A program made the position numbers and the translations under genes. A stretch of DNA of 64,000 bases from a virus, in the IMG/VR virus record IMGVR_UViG_3300048917_000027, positions 1 through 64,000 of that record; one strand, 5' to 3'. Below are positions 37,501 through 46,235 of the stretch, piece after piece. The stretch's first letter is position 1. The number at the start of each line of letters is the position of its first letter. The notes beneath the pieces are model-generated. The model did not search any database. It had not been told where the DNA came from and saw nothing but the letters and a program-made list of their open reading frames with translations.

Positions 37501-40500
37501 TACGGTTGCAAGAGACAACCTTGCGGTCAATATCATCTGGAAGAATGGTGGAGGAAGCACTGTTCAGACTGACACAAACACCGTCGCGCCACCAGTAGAC
37601 ACTTCTGGTGTTCCAATTCCTATTGATGGAACTACTTGGGTTGACGTAAATATTCAGGGCACATGTCCTGTAGGCGCAACCAATGCATCATTTGAAATCA
37701 ATTCAGGTATTGCAGGAACTGCGACGGCCGGTACGATTGCGTGGTACGACGATGTAACCATTACTACTCCACCTCGTATCAAGGTCGGTCTGTTTGGATT
37801 CGACAACTCAAACAACATCATTGACTGGGACTACGTAGACAATATAACAACGCCTACGAAGATTCACGCAATGCCTTCTGACTACAGCCTGCTTTCAGGA
37901 TACTCAGCAAACCAGTACATGATGGTTATGAACAATGAAGAAGTTCAAATCGCTACTGGTAGCTCAACGACGACCGCAGACTGGATTACCGTAACTGGAT
38001 ATGTTCGTGGTCGTGGTGGTTTTGGTACAACTGGTGTTCTTGGACAGCAGGGCAAGGCAGACGACCCATATGCACCAGCATCACTGAACCAGTCTGTCCG
38101 ATATCTTGTTCCATATGTCGAATGGGATATTGCTTCTGGCTCAACAGCACAGCTTGACCAGTTCTCTATTGAAGCTTATGAAAACGGTGCTCCTCAGAAG
38201 ATTGCTACAAAGGAGACAATCGGTGAGAAGTATGTTTCTATTGAAAATATCTCTGGAAACATTTATGACCACTCAGTAAGATTCTATACTGGAGATGCAG
38301 ATGAAATTTATCCAGGTCTTATTGGTCACGTCATGGACGGTGACTGGAATGACGCTGCGCATTTGAGAATTGCTCCACCACTTATCAACAAGACGTCTAA
38401 CTACGGAAGCGTGTACATTGGTCTTTACGACCGCAATCCAAACTACATCTACGATGCTACTTTTGAAGACAGCATCACTGGATGGACTGGAATGGCAAAT
38501 ACTACGCTTTCCCAGGAAACGACAATTGGTAGAGAAGACACAAATTCTCTGAAGATTACTGCGACTGGAACAATTTCAAGCCCGGCAACAACTGAGTTGT
38601 ATGCAAAGTATCAGGTATCCACTCTTACAAATCAGGAGCTAATCGGTCAGCAGGTAACTGTCTCCGGTTATGCAACCATGGGAACAGCGACCGGTAGAGC
38701 AGTAAGACTCGTTGTCAAGTTCCTTGATGAAGCTGGAGCAATGCTTAATGGTTACTTCGTAGAGAAGAATATCACCAATACGGCATGGACCTCATATTCA
38801 TTCATTTCTCCAATTGTCGTTCCTGACACATGTTACACCGTTGAATTCTCATTCTCATGGTTCAATGGTGCGACTGGAGATATTGTGTATGTCGATGACG
38901 TCCAGCTTGAAATGGGAACAAAGAGTGACTGGAGGACTGCATCAGCTTCAAGAATCTTCTTGCAGTCAGATGTTGTTCGAAGCAATGGCTCAATCATCAT
39001 TTCAAAGTCTGAGCTTGACCTTCCTACAAATGTTATTGCTGCTAATGGTCGAATGGACGTACCAGGATATCCTGGTGTAGTTTTGCAGACTGAGAGTGGT
39101 ACTGGAGCATTCCGTTATGTCAACTACACAGACTCAGCGGGTAACCGAGCATCAACTCAGATGACATCATTCTCTCCTTCTGGAGCCGAAGAAATCGGAC
39201 TTCGTCTATACGGAATGAATGACGCATCATTCCCAGGTCGATTTGCTATCACCAACGCAAGCGGTCAGTTCGTTGCATCATCATATGCAAATACTGACCT
39301 CAGCGAAGACATGACGACTGCAAGGAATATGAGAGTCTATGGACATCTTGACGTATCTGGTGACCCACCTTGGGTAGCAGCAACACTTGCCAGTGGTACT
39401 CAGCCAGCAAGCACCTACGACATTTCATATTACTTGAACAATGGAACGGTATTCCTTCGTGGTGTTGTCGGTTCATACGCTGCAAGAACTACGCTGTTCA
39501 CTCTTCCTACGGGATATAGACCAGCTACGCCAGTCTATCTGTCCACAACTACTTGGGACACGGCTTCTTCAACCAGCGTTTCTCCTGCAACCATTCGTGT
39601 TAATACTGATGGAACGGTACAGGTTTATCAGGCTTCAACAGTTCGACCAAATGTTGGTTTCGACGGATTGTCATTCTCAACATCTCCTGACACCTATGCT
39701 ACTCCTCCAACGGGAGATACGACGGCACCAGGAACTCCGTCTTCATTCAAGATTACAGCATTGTCATCTGGAACTTCAACTGGAACTTACAGACTGAACT
39801 GGACCAACCCATCTGCATCAGATACGGCCGGTGTCAAGGTTATCTGGAGAAGCGACAGATACCCTACTGTAACGATTGCAGGAAGTGGAGTGAAGACTCT
39901 TACCACAGACGGAAAAATCATTACTGTAACCGGTGCTGCAAGCGCTGCAAAGCAGTATGACCACTCAGGTCTGCCAGTCAACAAGACCATCTACTACCGA
40001 GTTGTTTCATACGACACAAGCGGAAACCACTCAACATATGTCTCTTTGAGTAGATACTTGCTAGCTTCACCTGTAGTTGTCACAGCCAACTCTTCAGACT
40101 CTTACCGACTTGGATATGGCGGTATGTGGAGAAACGACGGTGACGATGTTTACCAGGGTGACTGGACTGGAAACGACAACCACAGAGGATTGTACTTCTA
40201 TGGAACGAAGATTTACGATGCTCTGAATGCGGGCGGTGTTGTAAGAACTCCTACAAAGGCCACCATCTATCTCAAGAGATTGAGTACAGCTCATGGTAAT
40301 AATACTGGAGTAGGAATTAATCTGAGAGGACATATCTATCAGACAAAGCCATCTGGTGACCCTGTAGGTAATATGTCTAACGAAGGTTCTGATGGAGACA
40401 ACATTGTTTATCTCTCAAGAGGAGAAGCAGCAACAGTAACAATTCCATCAAGCTGGTACAATAATATTGTTGACTCAACTGCTGCGAACCGAATGGAAGG

Positions 40501-40600
40501 ATTCGGTGTTTATGGAAGCTCTACAAGTGACTACGCAGTAATGTATGGAGTCAGCTCAGGCTCTTCATACGGAAAGATTACGCTCTATCACAAGGGCTGA
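34583..40600 (+). CDS. giant tail fibre / receptor-binding protein with FN3-like and carbohydrate-binding-like modules
   Basis: 2005 aa. Repeated P-x-x-PTGL...W FN3-type starts occur (PPAAPTGLTWAV, PPPPDPTGVVAAG..MKWD, APGVPTGLAATM..VSWTAV, APGTPSSFKITA..LNWTNP). Also contains the fibre motif NLDANKITAGTGII. Confidence 0.8.
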   Translation: MRILLRDLTPGTDYNIQLRANDGTNVSDWSRIFPLTTIEDSLPPAAPTGLTWAVNRTAFSAKWNAVTQNADASPLEDFSHYIVKIAIPGGSYVQVKTTNTFYDLAFETNKAFFGTPQATLECTVYAVDQTGNVSLPSSTLSATNPPPPDPTGVVAAGIVGGVNMKWDVQVIDDLAAYDVYMSTSGSGFTPTTSNRVYSGTGNTLFYDSSSLGVVHYFKIRSRDVFDSISNYVTVSATPISPTDVDTVAPGVPTGLAATMTTDTNDSAFAVASVSWTAVSATDLAGYNLRYRQTGSTNYNYIDMPAAAVNATIGGLVVGVQYEFSIQSYDRSVNRSAYSTAVTATAANTAPSTPAAPTAAVNTLQIQVNHSLQKATSGRLEADVSYLEVHVGTTSTFTASDATMIGQLQVEAGSTFVSEIFSFVVTDTTQARWVRVIAVDRLGLKSSASAVAAVTVGLISNTNIGDATITSAKINNLDANKITAGTGIINALLIKSSLTVDTGGVIQSTNYVAGTSGYQLTNNSLEINGGTIRAAALQLQDSANIHIPAYADFEYVQSWYTGKMLTFNDGGTTTGSISDSTDVVGRFNTQCLKHNWTGGGTFSRVYQTSSSSVYNIPCEANTNYIFSGYFYVKSGAGAKTVGLAIKLADGTFQQPGGTSNVIPATGTWTRISGTFNTGANTSMLSFVSLYTAGDVYVDGLQLERQMTGATTPSQWKAPGSTSIDGAIIRTGEIRSTAAANGLGGQPAWSINVTGGAQFGDATVRGRLVVGDPTNPSGDGVNSRIHSANYVAGTTGWTIRNDGYAEFRNLAVNSIKVTALDAPMQNNTYAKLFDYMQDGTLWLTSGSVLQKTDPGAYSAESLFEFTGPGLVLRNSTGVTKVAYDPTILYRISARIRAYSVATLNSNTGFETDVSGYTAYASSLMTRDTTKHFTGAASMKIAQNGSSVGTYGFRYALAVAKPGYTYTFRMKYLPNSTVARDNLAVNIIWKNGGGSTVQTDTNTVAPPVDTSGVPIPIDGTTWVDVNIQGTCPVGATNASFEINSGIAGTATAGTIAWYDDVTITTPPRIKVGLFGFDNSNNIIDWDYVDNITTPTKIHAMPSDYSLLSGYSANQYMMVMNNEEVQIATGSSTTTADWITVTGYVRGRGGFGTTGVLGQQGKADDPYAPASLNQSVRYLVPYVEWDIASGSTAQLDQFSIEAYENGAPQKIATKETIGEKYVSIENISGNIYDHSVRFYTGDADEIYPGLIGHVMDGDWNDAAHLRIAPPLINKTSNYGSVYIGLYDRNPNYIYDATFEDSITGWTGMANTTLSQETTIGREDTNSLKITATGTISSPATTELYAKYQVSTLTNQELIGQQVTVSGYATMGTATGRAVRLVVKFLDEAGAMLNGYFVEKNITNTAWTSYSFISPIVVPDTCYTVEFSFSWFNGATGDIVYVDDVQLEMGTKSDWRTASASRIFLQSDVVRSNGSIIISKSELDLPTNVIAANGRMDVPGYPGVVLQTESGTGAFRYVNYTDSAGNRASTQMTSFSPSGAEEIGLRLYGMNDASFPGRFAITNASGQFVASSYANTDLSEDMTTARNMRVYGHLDVSGDPPWVAATLASGTQPASTYDISYYLNNGTVFLRGVVGSYAARTTLFTLPTGYRPATPVYLSTTTWDTASSTSVSPATIRVNTDGTVQVYQASTVRPNVGFDGLSFSTSPDTYATPPTGDTTAPGTPSSFKITALSSGTSTGTYRLNWTNPSASDTAGVKVIWRSDRYPTVTIAGSGVKTLTTDGKIITVTGAASAAKQYDHSGLPVNKTIYYRVVSYDTSGNHSTYVSLSRYLLASPVVVTANSSDSYRLGYGGMWRNDGDDVYQGDWTGNDNHRGLYFYGTKIYDALNAGGVVRTPTKATIYLKRLSTAHGNNTGVGINLRGHIYQTKPSGDPVGNMSNEGSDGDNIVYLSRGEAATVTIPSSWYNNIVDSTAANRMEGFGVYGSSTSDYAVMYGVSSGSSYGKITLYHKG

Positions 40601-40608
40601 CCTTGAAC

Positions 40609-40647
40609 TTGACAGGTTGGCTCTGGTGAGCTACTGTGTAATTACAC
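40609..40647 (+). promoter_or_regulatory. promoter TTGACA-17-TACTGT overlapped by the perfect 12-bp palindrome GTGTAATTACAC
   Basis: TTGACA at 40609-40614, TACTGT at 40632-40637, palindrome at 40636-40647. Confidence 0.45.
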
Positions 40648-40675
40648 TAGAAAAAAGAAAGAGAAATATATTAAA

Positions 40676-40906
40676 ATGAATCATAAAGATACTCTTAAAG
40701 TTATGGCTCTTACTCAAAGAATTGCAGAGCTGACTGCCGGGTATGAAGACAAGATTGCAGATGTCCGTGCTGACTTCACCCTTGCCGTAGAAGACTTTGA
40801 AGGCAGGTTGAAGAAGCTTGAAGATGAGAACAAAACTCTGAAGGACATCAACGCTGGATATCTTGAGAAGCTTGAGGGTCAAGATGGTCTGGTGGAAAAG
40901 AAGTAA
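40676..40906 (+). CDS. coiled-coil hypothetical protein
   Basis: 76 aa with a heptad-like K/E/L pattern. Confidence 0.5.
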   Translation: MNHKDTLKVMALTQRIAELTAGYEDKIADVRADFTLAVEDFEGRLKKLEDENKTLKDINAGYLEKLEGQDGLVEKK

Positions 40907-41333
40907 GCCAGCACCACTTCCAGATGTGCCCACAGTCCCTGTAGAGTATCCTACAGGGACTTGTGTACAGACTGAGAAGGGTGTATTCTTCATCAAGGGC
41001 AGGTTCAGATTCCGAGTAACATCAGAACGAATCCTGTCAAGCTGGCACTACCCCTTTGTTATCAGGTCATCAGAGGCCGCTTGCGGCCGGTACTCAGTAG
41101 GTGGTAAGCTAGGATTCCGTCAAGGAACTTTGGTTAAGGATATATCCAATGGTAAAATATATCTGATATCAGAGAACCTACGACGACAAGTAGTTTCGCC
41201 AGACTTCTTTGATGTCTTGCTATTTCCTCGTGAAGCTGTAATTGAAGCTTCTCCAGAGGAAATTGCCCTACACAAGGAAGGAGAGAATATAACTTGGCAA
41301 CTACCCCCTACAAGCCTACGAGCTGGTCAGTAG
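40884..41333 (+). CDS. hypothetical protein (start moved to ATG 40884)
   Basis: GAGGG RBS 5 nt upstream. N-terminus MVWWKRSKPAPLPD. Confidence 0.5.
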   Translation: MVWWKRSKPAPLPDVPTVPVEYPTGTCVQTEKGVFFIKGRFRFRVTSERILSSWHYPFVIRSSEAACGRYSVGGKLGFRQGTLVKDISNGKIYLISENLRRQVVSPDFFDVLLFPREAVIEASPEEIALHKEGENITWQLPPTSLRAGQ

Positions 41334-41734
41334 GAGAACAGATTACTCGTGAGAAGCTGAATCAGATGACAGCTAATGACCAGTATATCTTTGAGAATCA
41401 GCCTAATGCATTTTACAATGCTCATGGAATCAAGAAGACTACTGGTCTGAAAATTATGGCTGGCTATGTCTACATTAAGGGCGGCAAGGGAAAGCACTAC
41501 GAGAAGGCTGTTTACTTTGGTAACTTCTTCTCAGTAGGATGCAAGCCTGTCGTCGTTACAGGACAAGTCATCCAGAAGCAGTCACGAATTCACTGTATCC
41601 TTAGAGGACTCACAGGAGAATACTGGCCGGACCACAGAGGGTTCACTGCTGTGGTAGACTCAGATGAGCTTAGCGCAAAGTCAAACTACTTTCATTATGG
41701 CGTGAATGTTCAATTCATCGCAGTTGGGTACTAA
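41294..41734 (+). CDS. hypothetical protein
   Basis: TTG start with GGAAGGAGAG 8 nt upstream. 146 aa. Confidence 0.5.
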   Translation: MATTPYKPTSWSVGEQITREKLNQMTANDQYIFENQPNAFYNAHGIKKTTGLKIMAGYVYIKGGKGKHYEKAVYFGNFFSVGCKPVVVTGQVIQKQSRIHCILRGLTGEYWPDHRGFTAVVDSDELSAKSNYFHYGVNVQFIAVGY

Positions 41735-42027
41735 TGTACAGACCAATCCGAAACTGGCATAACCGAAAGCGAATGCTCTCATCCGAAGGATATGTGTTGG
41801 TCTACGCACCAGAACACCCCAAGAGCTTCAATGGAGGTTGGTACTATGAACATCGGATGGTCTACGAAGCCCGACTAGGCAGACTACTCAACAGCGATGA
41901 AACTGTTCATCACATTGGCGTGAAGACTGACAATACTAGAAGGAACCTGTTCCTCTGTAGTTGGGCTGAACACGAGCGACTGAACCGTCAGGAGCATATC
42001 TTGACACAGAGTCATCGCGTGTGTTAG
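41734..42027 (+). CDS. HNH homing-type endonuclease
   Basis: GYVLVYAPEHPKSFNGGWYYEHRMVYEARLGRLLNSDETVHHIGVKTDNTRRNL matches the HNH_3 pattern. Confidence 0.7.
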   Translation: MYRPIRNWHNRKRMLSSEGYVLVYAPEHPKSFNGGWYYEHRMVYEARLGRLLNSDETVHHIGVKTDNTRRNLFLCSWAEHERLNRQEHILTQSHRVC

Positions 42028-42030
42028 GCT
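42001..42030 (+). promoter_or_regulatory. promoter TTGACA-18-TAGGCT
   Basis: Read directly. It overlaps the end of the HNH ORF, upstream of 42056. Confidence 0.35.
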
Positions 42031-42055
42031 GGTCCAAACAACGAAAGGAACGAAC

Positions 42056-42811
42056 ATGTCCGATATGACATGGCTGTTTGTGTCCGATGTCCATTTCCCG
42101 AATCATGACAGGCGTATGCTAGACTTGTGGTTCGATGTGATGGATTATCTGAAGCCAGGAGCTATTGACCTGCTCGGAGACATTGATGACGCAGACGGAA
42201 CGGGCCGGTGGGCAGAAGGAACTTCACGAGAAGGATTCTCCCAGAATGACCCTGGTGTCACAGGCACACGAGACTTCCTAGCGGAAATCCATGCAAAGGC
42301 TCCAGATGCTGACAAACACTTTTTCGATGGTAACCACGGTTGGCATCGACATGTAAAGTGGCTGGACAAGAACAATCCACAATCTCTTGAAGATGGACTG
42401 TATACTCCAGAAAGCATCTATGGTGTTGCTGCCAATGGATTCGTATGGCATAATTATTTGGAGAGGCCAACCGAACGATATGGCAAGATTTACGCTCATC
42501 ACGGAGTAAGTATTTCTCAATACTCTGCTGAGTCTGTGCGTAATGATGTCAAGAAGTTCGAAGTCTCTCTGATTCGAGGCCATTCACACCGACAGGGCTA
42601 TTATGCCCATACTGCTCCGCTGGAAGACCGCACAGTACGTGGCTGGGAAATCGGTCACATGTGCGTACCAACAGGACAGGATTATGACCTGTCACCTGAC
42701 TGGCAAGCTGGGTTCGCTTATGGCGTAGTATCTGGCGACGAAGTATTCATTGACCTTGTGCCAGTCATCAATTACCGTTGTAACATCGGTACAAAGGTAT
42801 TCAGCGGATAG
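42056..42811 (+). CDS. calcineurin-like metallophosphoesterase
   Basis: Motifs LFVSDVHFP, LLGDIDD, DGNHGWH and GHSH. Confidence 0.78.
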   Translation: MSDMTWLFVSDVHFPNHDRRMLDLWFDVMDYLKPGAIDLLGDIDDADGTGRWAEGTSREGFSQNDPGVTGTRDFLAEIHAKAPDADKHFFDGNHGWHRHVKWLDKNNPQSLEDGLYTPESIYGVAANGFVWHNYLERPTERYGKIYAHHGVSISQYSAESVRNDVKKFEVSLIRGHSHRQGYYAHTAPLEDRTVRGWEIGHMCVPTGQDYDLSPDWQAGFAYGVVSGDEVFIDLVPVINYRCNIGTKVFSG

Positions 42812-42816
42812 ATAAG

Positions 42817-42855
42817 ACCTCCCATGCTATAATAAACAAAAAGGGCAAGGGAGGT
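42817..42855 (+). promoter_or_regulatory. anti-SD/SD pairing (ACCTCCC...GGGAGGT) enclosing extended -10 TGCTATAAT
   Basis: ACCTCCC at 42817-42823 is complementary to GGGAGGT at 42849-42855, which is the holin RBS. TGCTATAAT is at 42825-42833. Confidence 0.4.
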
Positions 42856-42862
42856 TTAGTCT

Positions 42863-43111
42863 TTGAGAACAAGTAAGTTTTGGAAGGATGCATTTGAGCG
42901 TGCAGTGAAGACATTTGCTCAGTCCGGAGTGGCAATTCTCGCTCTAGCTACAGGTCTTCTTGACGTGAGCTGGACACAGGGTCTTTCTACGGCAGGTCTG
43001 GCAGCGCTCATTTCCCTGCTTACTTCTGTAGGTTCTGCTGGTGTTGGCAGCTCCGAAAGTGCATCCCTTGTCGTTGATACAAAGGACAAGGTGCCAACAA
43101 TTGAACCATAA
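42863..43111 (+). CDS. holin (r1t-type)
   Basis: WKDAFERAVKTFAQSGVAILALATGLLDVSWTQGLSTAGLAALISLLTSV matches the Phage_r1t_holin-type N-terminus and has 2 TM segments. TTG start. Confidence 0.65.
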   Translation: MRTSKFWKDAFERAVKTFAQSGVAILALATGLLDVSWTQGLSTAGLAALISLLTSVGSAGVGSSESASLVVDTKDKVPTIEP

Positions 43112-43280
43112 GAAGTGTGGCGGAAGAATATTCATCGATAGAGTCTTTTCCGATAAGACTCATTTGGAGCTTGCCTGCATTGAGTGCGGAGCCCGATGGA
43201 TGCTCGATAAGACCAAGAACAAGCTAGCTCAATGGCTGATGGCGAGAGAGAAAAGCCACTCAGCAACGTTTGCTAGGTGA
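43101..43280 (+). CDS. small Cys-containing (zinc-ribbon-like) protein; start uncertain
   Basis: TTG 43101 has AAGGTG 7 nt upstream. Cysteine pattern HKKCGG...CIECG. The track start at 43041 lies deep inside the holin gene. Confidence 0.35.
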   Translation: MNHKKCGGRIFIDRVFSDKTHLELACIECGARWMLDKTKNKLAQWLMAREKSHSATFAR

Positions 43281-43298
43281 TAGACCAAGTGCTATACT
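43270..43298 (+). promoter_or_regulatory. promoter TTGCTA-17-TGcTATACT (head of the replication module)
   Basis: Read directly. The extended -10 is at 43290-43298. Confidence 0.5.
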
Positions 43299-43310
43299 CG
43301 ACATAGCACA

Positions 43311-43336
43311 CCCCTGCGTACGCAAGTGCGCAGGGG
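43311..43336 (+). terminator. 11-bp hairpin with GCAA tetraloop (late-operon terminator and/or 5' stabiliser)
   Basis: CCCCTGCGTAC-gcaa-GTGCGCAGGGG followed by ATTTATCATTT. Confidence 0.5.
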
Positions 43337-43356
43337 ATTTATCATTTGGAGACCTT

Positions 43357-43875
43357 ATGGGAAAGGAAAAGCGGCCGAAGAAGAGGCTGGTAGAAAATTA
43401 TTTCTTCCTGGATGGTATCCCTCATAAGAGGCTTCAGGTAAATCGTGGAGCCGACACGCTACTGGCGTGGAACTACATTGACAAGAAGACAGTCATGTAT
43501 GTACTGTCTGTTGCAAGGCGTAACATGCAAAGAGCCTACAAGGGTTCTGACGTTCAGAGGATGCTTGGCAGGCACAGAAACAGTCTCCTTCTTTACAGAA
43601 AAGAAGGAAAGATTAGACAGCCTTTCCGACTCTATAGCCTAGATGGTGAAGAGAGACCGGGAACGTATCTGTGGTCTGAGAAGGATATTCTGGATTTGCA
43701 TGAGTATTTGGTTAATACAGGATATGGCGCACCACGTAAGGATGGGCTACCATCTGCAACGTACAACCTTCCTTCACGAACCGAGCTACTTGCCATGATG
43801 CGCAACGATGTGGTTCTATACACAAAGACCAGAGATGGCAACTATACGCCGGTCTGGCGAGAAAATGATTGGTAG
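43357..43875 (+). CDS. putative DNA-binding (HTH) early protein
   Basis: ATG 43357 with a GGAG RBS. The HTH-like segment is GSDVQRMLGRHRNSLLLYRKEGKI. Confidence 0.55.
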   Translation: MGKEKRPKKRLVENYFFLDGIPHKRLQVNRGADTLLAWNYIDKKTVMYVLSVARRNMQRAYKGSDVQRMLGRHRNSLLLYRKEGKIRQPFRLYSLDGEERPGTYLWSEKDILDLHEYLVNTGYGAPRKDGLPSATYNLPSRTELLAMMRNDVVLYTKTRDGNYTPVWRENDW

Positions 43876-43880
43876 GTCAG

Positions 43881-44174
43881 ATGGCTACAGCTAAATACAC
43901 TCCGTTCGGTGACAAGCTGAATCCTGCAATTGCTATTATTCAGGCAGCGAATGCTCTGGACGTTGCGGCTAAGTTTGCTATGGAAACACGAGACTCTAGG
44001 GCACTTACAGACATTGCTCGGAGCTGGGTTGAAATCAGCGGCAGGCTGGGGTACGATGACGAAGAGGAGGACGACGCCACCGAAGAGACGGAGGACGGTC
44101 GTCCGTTTGGTTTCTCAGTAGTGAGTGATATCGAAGACAAGGAGGAAGAAGATGGCGCAGTCAGTGAGTGCTGA
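43881..44174 (+). CDS. acidic hypothetical protein
   Basis: The C-terminus is DDEEEDDATEETEDGRPFGFSVVSDIEDKEEEDG. Confidence 0.5.
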   Translation: MATAKYTPFGDKLNPAIAIIQAANALDVAAKFAMETRDSRALTDIARSWVEISGRLGYDDEEEDDATEETEDGRPFGFSVVSDIEDKEEEDGAVSEC

Positions 44175-44367
44175 GATTGGTGTAACAAAGAATCTCGGCA
44201 ATTTTGAGAGTGTCAAGGTAACTGTTGGGCTTGAAGATTATGTCAGGAATGGCGAGACCTTCGACCAGGCATATGAGCGAGTCTTTGCAAAGGTGGAAGA
44301 CAAGCTTGCTGATAAGATTGCCAAGGCAGTCAAGGACTTGACTGGTAAGGAGATTTCAGAACTCTAA
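44152..44367 (+). CDS. hypothetical protein
   Basis: ATG 44152 preceded by GGAGGAAGAAG. Confidence 0.5.
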   Translation: MAQSVSAEIGVTKNLGNFESVKVTVGLEDYVRNGETFDQAYERVFAKVEDKLADKIAKAVKDLTGKEISEL

Positions 44368-44732
44368 TGGCCAGGAAGCAGAAGAGTCCAAGGGCGAAGG
44401 CATTCGAGCTTATCGGTGTCTACAAAAAGCTCTTTAAGGAGCGATACAACCGGGCTCCCATTGTAAACAGCAATGCTCTACAGTGGGGTTTCATGGCTGC
44501 AATCGATGACCTTGAGTATGGTAACGCAAAGAAGGCTCTTGAATACTTCTTCACTTGCGACTCTCCTGGTCACGATGTTCAGATTTTTCTTAACAAGTAT
44601 GACAAGCTCCATGAGAACAGGCTGAAGGTAGTCGAAGACGCCCGGAAGCGAGTAGAACGTCTGCGCAAGACGGCAGCTCTCGTAGCTGCTATGGAAAAGA
44701 AAAATGAGGAGGCAGTAAGTGGCGACGACTGA
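44367..44732 (+). CDS. hypothetical protein (possible helicase loader, by position only)
   Basis: TAATG overlap. Lies immediately upstream of the helicase gene. Confidence 0.5.
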   Translation: MARKQKSPRAKAFELIGVYKKLFKERYNRAPIVNSNALQWGFMAAIDDLEYGNAKKALEYFFTCDSPGHDVQIFLNKYDKLHENRLKVVEDARKRVERLRKTAALVAAMEKKNEEAVSGDD

Positions 44733-45939
44733 GGCAAAGCTCATTAACGCCATCTGTGGTTCAAAGCAGGTGGCATCCCTACTCGCTGACAACGTTGATG
44801 ACCTATTCGTGGCGCACAAGGACGTCTGGCTTGGACTGCGTAAGTATTACATGCAGTTCAAGGCTATTCCAGATGTCTCTGTGCTCCAGGAGCGATTCGG
44901 TCTTCTTGAGGCAGTAGATGTAAAGGGAGAACCTGAGTATTACCTTGATGAACTGAAGAATGAGTACCTTCGTACTCGAATGACTGAAATTATGGGCAAG
45001 GCTGACAGCTTTCTGGATACAGAGGCTCCAGCACGAGTTCTGGCCAAGCTATCTGCCGAGCTTGGTAAACTGAATAAGTTCACTAACAACGTACGAGACC
45101 TTGACCTCATGGATTATGAATCCGCTGAGCGTCACTTTGAATCTGTTCGTGAACGGGCGGCGGCAAATGGTTCACCTGGTATTCCTACAGGTATCAAGGC
45201 CATTGACGCTGCTTATCCTACAGGTATGGCACCTGGTCACCTCATCGTGGCTATTGGCTGGCCTGGTAAGGGAAAGACTTGGTTCACTTCCTACCTTGCT
45301 TGCAAGGCTTGGGAACGTGGATTCAAGCCTATGATTGTCTCACTCGAAATGTCTCCTGAGAACATGCGAGACCGAATTTATACTCTTATGGGTTCTGGTC
45401 TGTTCTCAGCGACCGATTTTGCTCGTGGTCAGATTGACATCGACAATTTCCGTGCTTGGGGTCAGAAGAAGTTGACTGGCAAGCCTGAATTCATCATCGT
45501 TTCTAACGAGGGTGTTGGCGATGTTACTCCTAACACTGTTCAGGCCAAGATTGAGCAGCACCGTCCAGACCTGGTAATCTGTGACTATCACCAGCTATTC
45601 TCAAACAACAACCGTTCAAACTCTCCTGTAGAGCGTGCAATGGGTGTTTCACGAGAGTTCAAGCAGCTTGCAATCACGAATAACATTCCTCTGATTGACA
45701 TTACTGCTGCAACTGCTGATGACACGAACAGCACCAAGACTGCTCCGATGCTTAACCAGGTTGCCTGGTCAAAGGCTATCGAGTACGATGCTGATATGGC
45801 GTTTGCGGTTCACCGTGACCCTGACAGTGGTCTTATGCAGGTCATTTGTCGTAAGAACCGTCACGGTTCAGACTTTGAGTTTGAGATTGATGCAGACCTC
45901 GATAAGGGTGTCTGGAAGGAATCCTACGGCGGTTTCTGA
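44719..45939 (+). CDS. dnaB: DnaB-like replicative helicase
   Basis: Walker A GWPGKGKTWF. Other motifs are SLEMS and DYHQL. The N-terminal helical domain is present. GTG start with a GAGGAGG RBS. Confidence 0.85.
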   Translation: MATTEAKLINAICGSKQVASLLADNVDDLFVAHKDVWLGLRKYYMQFKAIPDVSVLQERFGLLEAVDVKGEPEYYLDELKNEYLRTRMTEIMGKADSFLDTEAPARVLAKLSAELGKLNKFTNNVRDLDLMDYESAERHFESVRERAAANGSPGIPTGIKAIDAAYPTGMAPGHLIVAIGWPGKGKTWFTSYLACKAWERGFKPMIVSLEMSPENMRDRIYTLMGSGLFSATDFARGQIDIDNFRAWGQKKLTGKPEFIIVSNEGVGDVTPNTVQAKIEQHRPDLVICDYHQLFSNNNRSNSPVERAMGVSREFKQLAITNNIPLIDITAATADDTNSTKTAPMLNQVAWSKAIEYDADMAFAVHRDPDSGLMQVICRKNRHGSDFEFEIDADLDKGVWKESYGGF

Positions 45940-46235
45940 TGCACAGCAATGTCAAAAGGTTTCAGGTGGAGGGCGTCATTCTTGATGATGCCGATTTTCC
46001 ACGGCTGAGAGCACAATTTGAAGACATGCTGGTAAAGGAAATGCGCGGTGGTGGATATGTCCCAGTGCTAGACTTGGGACCATACTTCTCAACTGAATAT
46101 AGACAAGACAGCAATTACGACTTTACCATAACAGCCTATGGAATATACGTTGGGAGGAGAAAATCTTGGGAAATTCATGGGATAGTGAATGGGCGTCCAG
46201 TGTCAATGACTACACAGAAGAACAAATCTCAGTAG
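45939..46235 (+). CDS. hypothetical protein
   Basis: TGATG overlap with the helicase gene. Confidence 0.5.
   Translation: MHSNVKRFQVEGVILDDADFPRLRAQFEDMLVKEMRGGGYVPVLDLGPYFSTEYRQDSNYDFTITAYGIYVGRRKSWEIHGIVNGRPVSMTTQKNKSQ

Noticed and set aside
43041-43100. ATG 43041 as the start of the small Cys protein
   Set aside because: It would overlap 70 nt of the holin gene. The in-frame TTG 43101 has an AAGGTG RBS, and even that call is weak.
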